Source: the human T2T-CHM13v2.0 reference genome, Homo sapiens | Length of the DNA: 64,000 nt | Assembly (NCBI RefSeq): GCF_009914755.1 | Contig: NC_060932.1 | Reading direction: 5' to 3' (one strand) | Part shown: one piece after another, positions 62,124-64,000 of the stretch | Numbering within the stretch: position 1 is the stretch's first letter | How the letters are laid out: every line of letters starts with the position of its first letter | Notes under the pieces: model-generated | Seen by the model: only the letters and a program-made list of their open reading frames with translations | Database searches by the model: none | Told to the model about the DNA's origin: nothing | Position numbers and translations under genes: made by a program

Positions 62124-62772
62124 TAAGGAAGAACAACAGAATTCAAGGAAAAGAGAAAACGGCATTCGATGAAAGAGAAAAATAAAACAGTTCCACTTAA
62201 GGCTGAAAGGACCACTGAGGACCTCTCCGAAGAAATGGCATCCAGCTGTGACCTGAGGATGACTGGGAGTGAGGCAGGAAGGACAGGGAAGAGTGTCCCC
62301 GAAGGAGGCAAGAGGCATCAGAAGACCTCAGACTGATGCAGTCTTAAATGTTACAGATAACTGGCCCCGGGACAGGAAAAAAAGAAAATGAGGACCACTC
62401 CTAAGATAACTTGCATAGAGCCCAGGAGGCTTGCTTTTACCCTGAAGCCAGCCTGGAGTTATATTCAAAGGATGCAAAAAAAAAAAAAAAAAAAAGGAAC
62501 CGAAAAGCAATTTAAATCTTGCCTGAAGTCTCTCAAAAGCACAGCAAATGGGAATTCCATTCACAAGTGCACATAGAAATCTATTAAAATACACTTTCTT
62601 ATCACTCTACAAAGCAATAGTGTGATTGCTTTAAAAACTTTCTTCTTCCTAAACACTACTCCTTCCCAATTAAATTTCTCCAGAATCCAGCCTAAATGAG
62701 CTTAGACACCCAACTCTCCCGTGCTAAGACTCTGAGGTCTAATCTCTCCTCCTCCACCAGTAACTCTTAGCA

Positions 62773-63067
<295 letters not shown>

Positions 63068-64000
63068 TAAAATGTAAATCCTACAAGTTTTAGGGCTTGT
63101 CCAGTTATTTTGTCCAAAATTAACTGTGTGGCTAGGGCAGACCCCTCCCTGGCCCTCATCTGCAACCAAAGGCCAGGGAGGGCCTGCCCTAGCAACACAC
63201 ACTCTTTCTGGGGGAGCCAGGGAGGGACAGGCCTTGCAAACCCCATTCACGCTGGCCTCAGGGGATGCTATGGGAAGCATACTAGACCTGACCAAAGATC
63301 TCATTTGACAAACAGCCACTAACATTTGCTGAGCACTGTCCAAAGCACCTCACAAGGACTAACCAATTCAATCCTTACAACCTCTACCAGTAAACGAGTG
63401 TAAACTAGTGGCCCACTTACAGATGAGAAAGTGGGCACACAGGACTCAGGGACACGGCCAGCATCCCACAGCTGGTCAGTAATGGCGTCCTGTGCTCCCA
63501 CCAGCTGTGCAACCTCAGGAGTAACACTGTGCCCTGCCTGCCCTGGTCCCTCACATGGCACGTGGAACGCGTGGTCTCCACTCACCAGGCTGTAAGAAAT
63601 GAGGTTACGCATGTGAAGCCATTTACCATGAGGCCACAGCTAGCCTTGGCGTGGATTAGAAAGAGATGCCCCGTAGGCAAACACAGCCTGCAGGCACCAG
63701 GCTTAGCAAGGCATGCCCAGAAGGTCCCTACAGGAGACAACAGCGCCCCTTCATCTGAATGCACCCAGCTCTGAGCTGCAGATGGCTGGCAAGCAGGGCC
63801 CAGCACCCCGCACAGGCTGCAACTGCACGGCGACCCTGCCCAGCACAGCAGCTGCTCCAGGTATGTCACCTAAAATACCAAGAAACAGAGAAGAAAATGG
63901 GAACAATCACCTTTTGTGAACAATCAATTTTTTGTAACATCTAATAAGGACAATTTATTTCAACTTTTACTTTAAGTTCAGGGCTACAAGTGAAGGTTAC

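Overview
Primate, almost certainly human, genomic DNA. It is Alu/L1-dense and carries an AluYa5. The window lies inside TRAPPC9 (NIBP, TRAPPII subunit, 8q24.3), transcribed on the minus strand. Only two coding exons are present: 58234-58377 (144 nt, (G)[47 protein letters not shown]) and 9108-9234 (127 nt, (E)[41 protein letters not shown](R)). They splice in frame across a ~49 kb GT-AG intron. The rest is intronic: about 26 Alus, L1/L2 fragments, several solo LTRs, a MER2 and two CpG-rich minisatellites. Essentially all ORFs in the track are repeat-derived or chance. I found no new protein-coding system. The best leads are: a G4/CpG-island minisatellite with higher-order structure and flanking ZFP57 motifs in a known imprinted domain; a CpG-rich minisatellite born from an MLT1B LTR; a young AluYa5; a left-monomer AluY with its own TSD; two ancient short local duplications; a near-perfect hairpin; and an AP-1/TEAD/AP-1 cluster. 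Repeat subfamily names come from recalled consensus sequences, and repeat boundaries are approximate.
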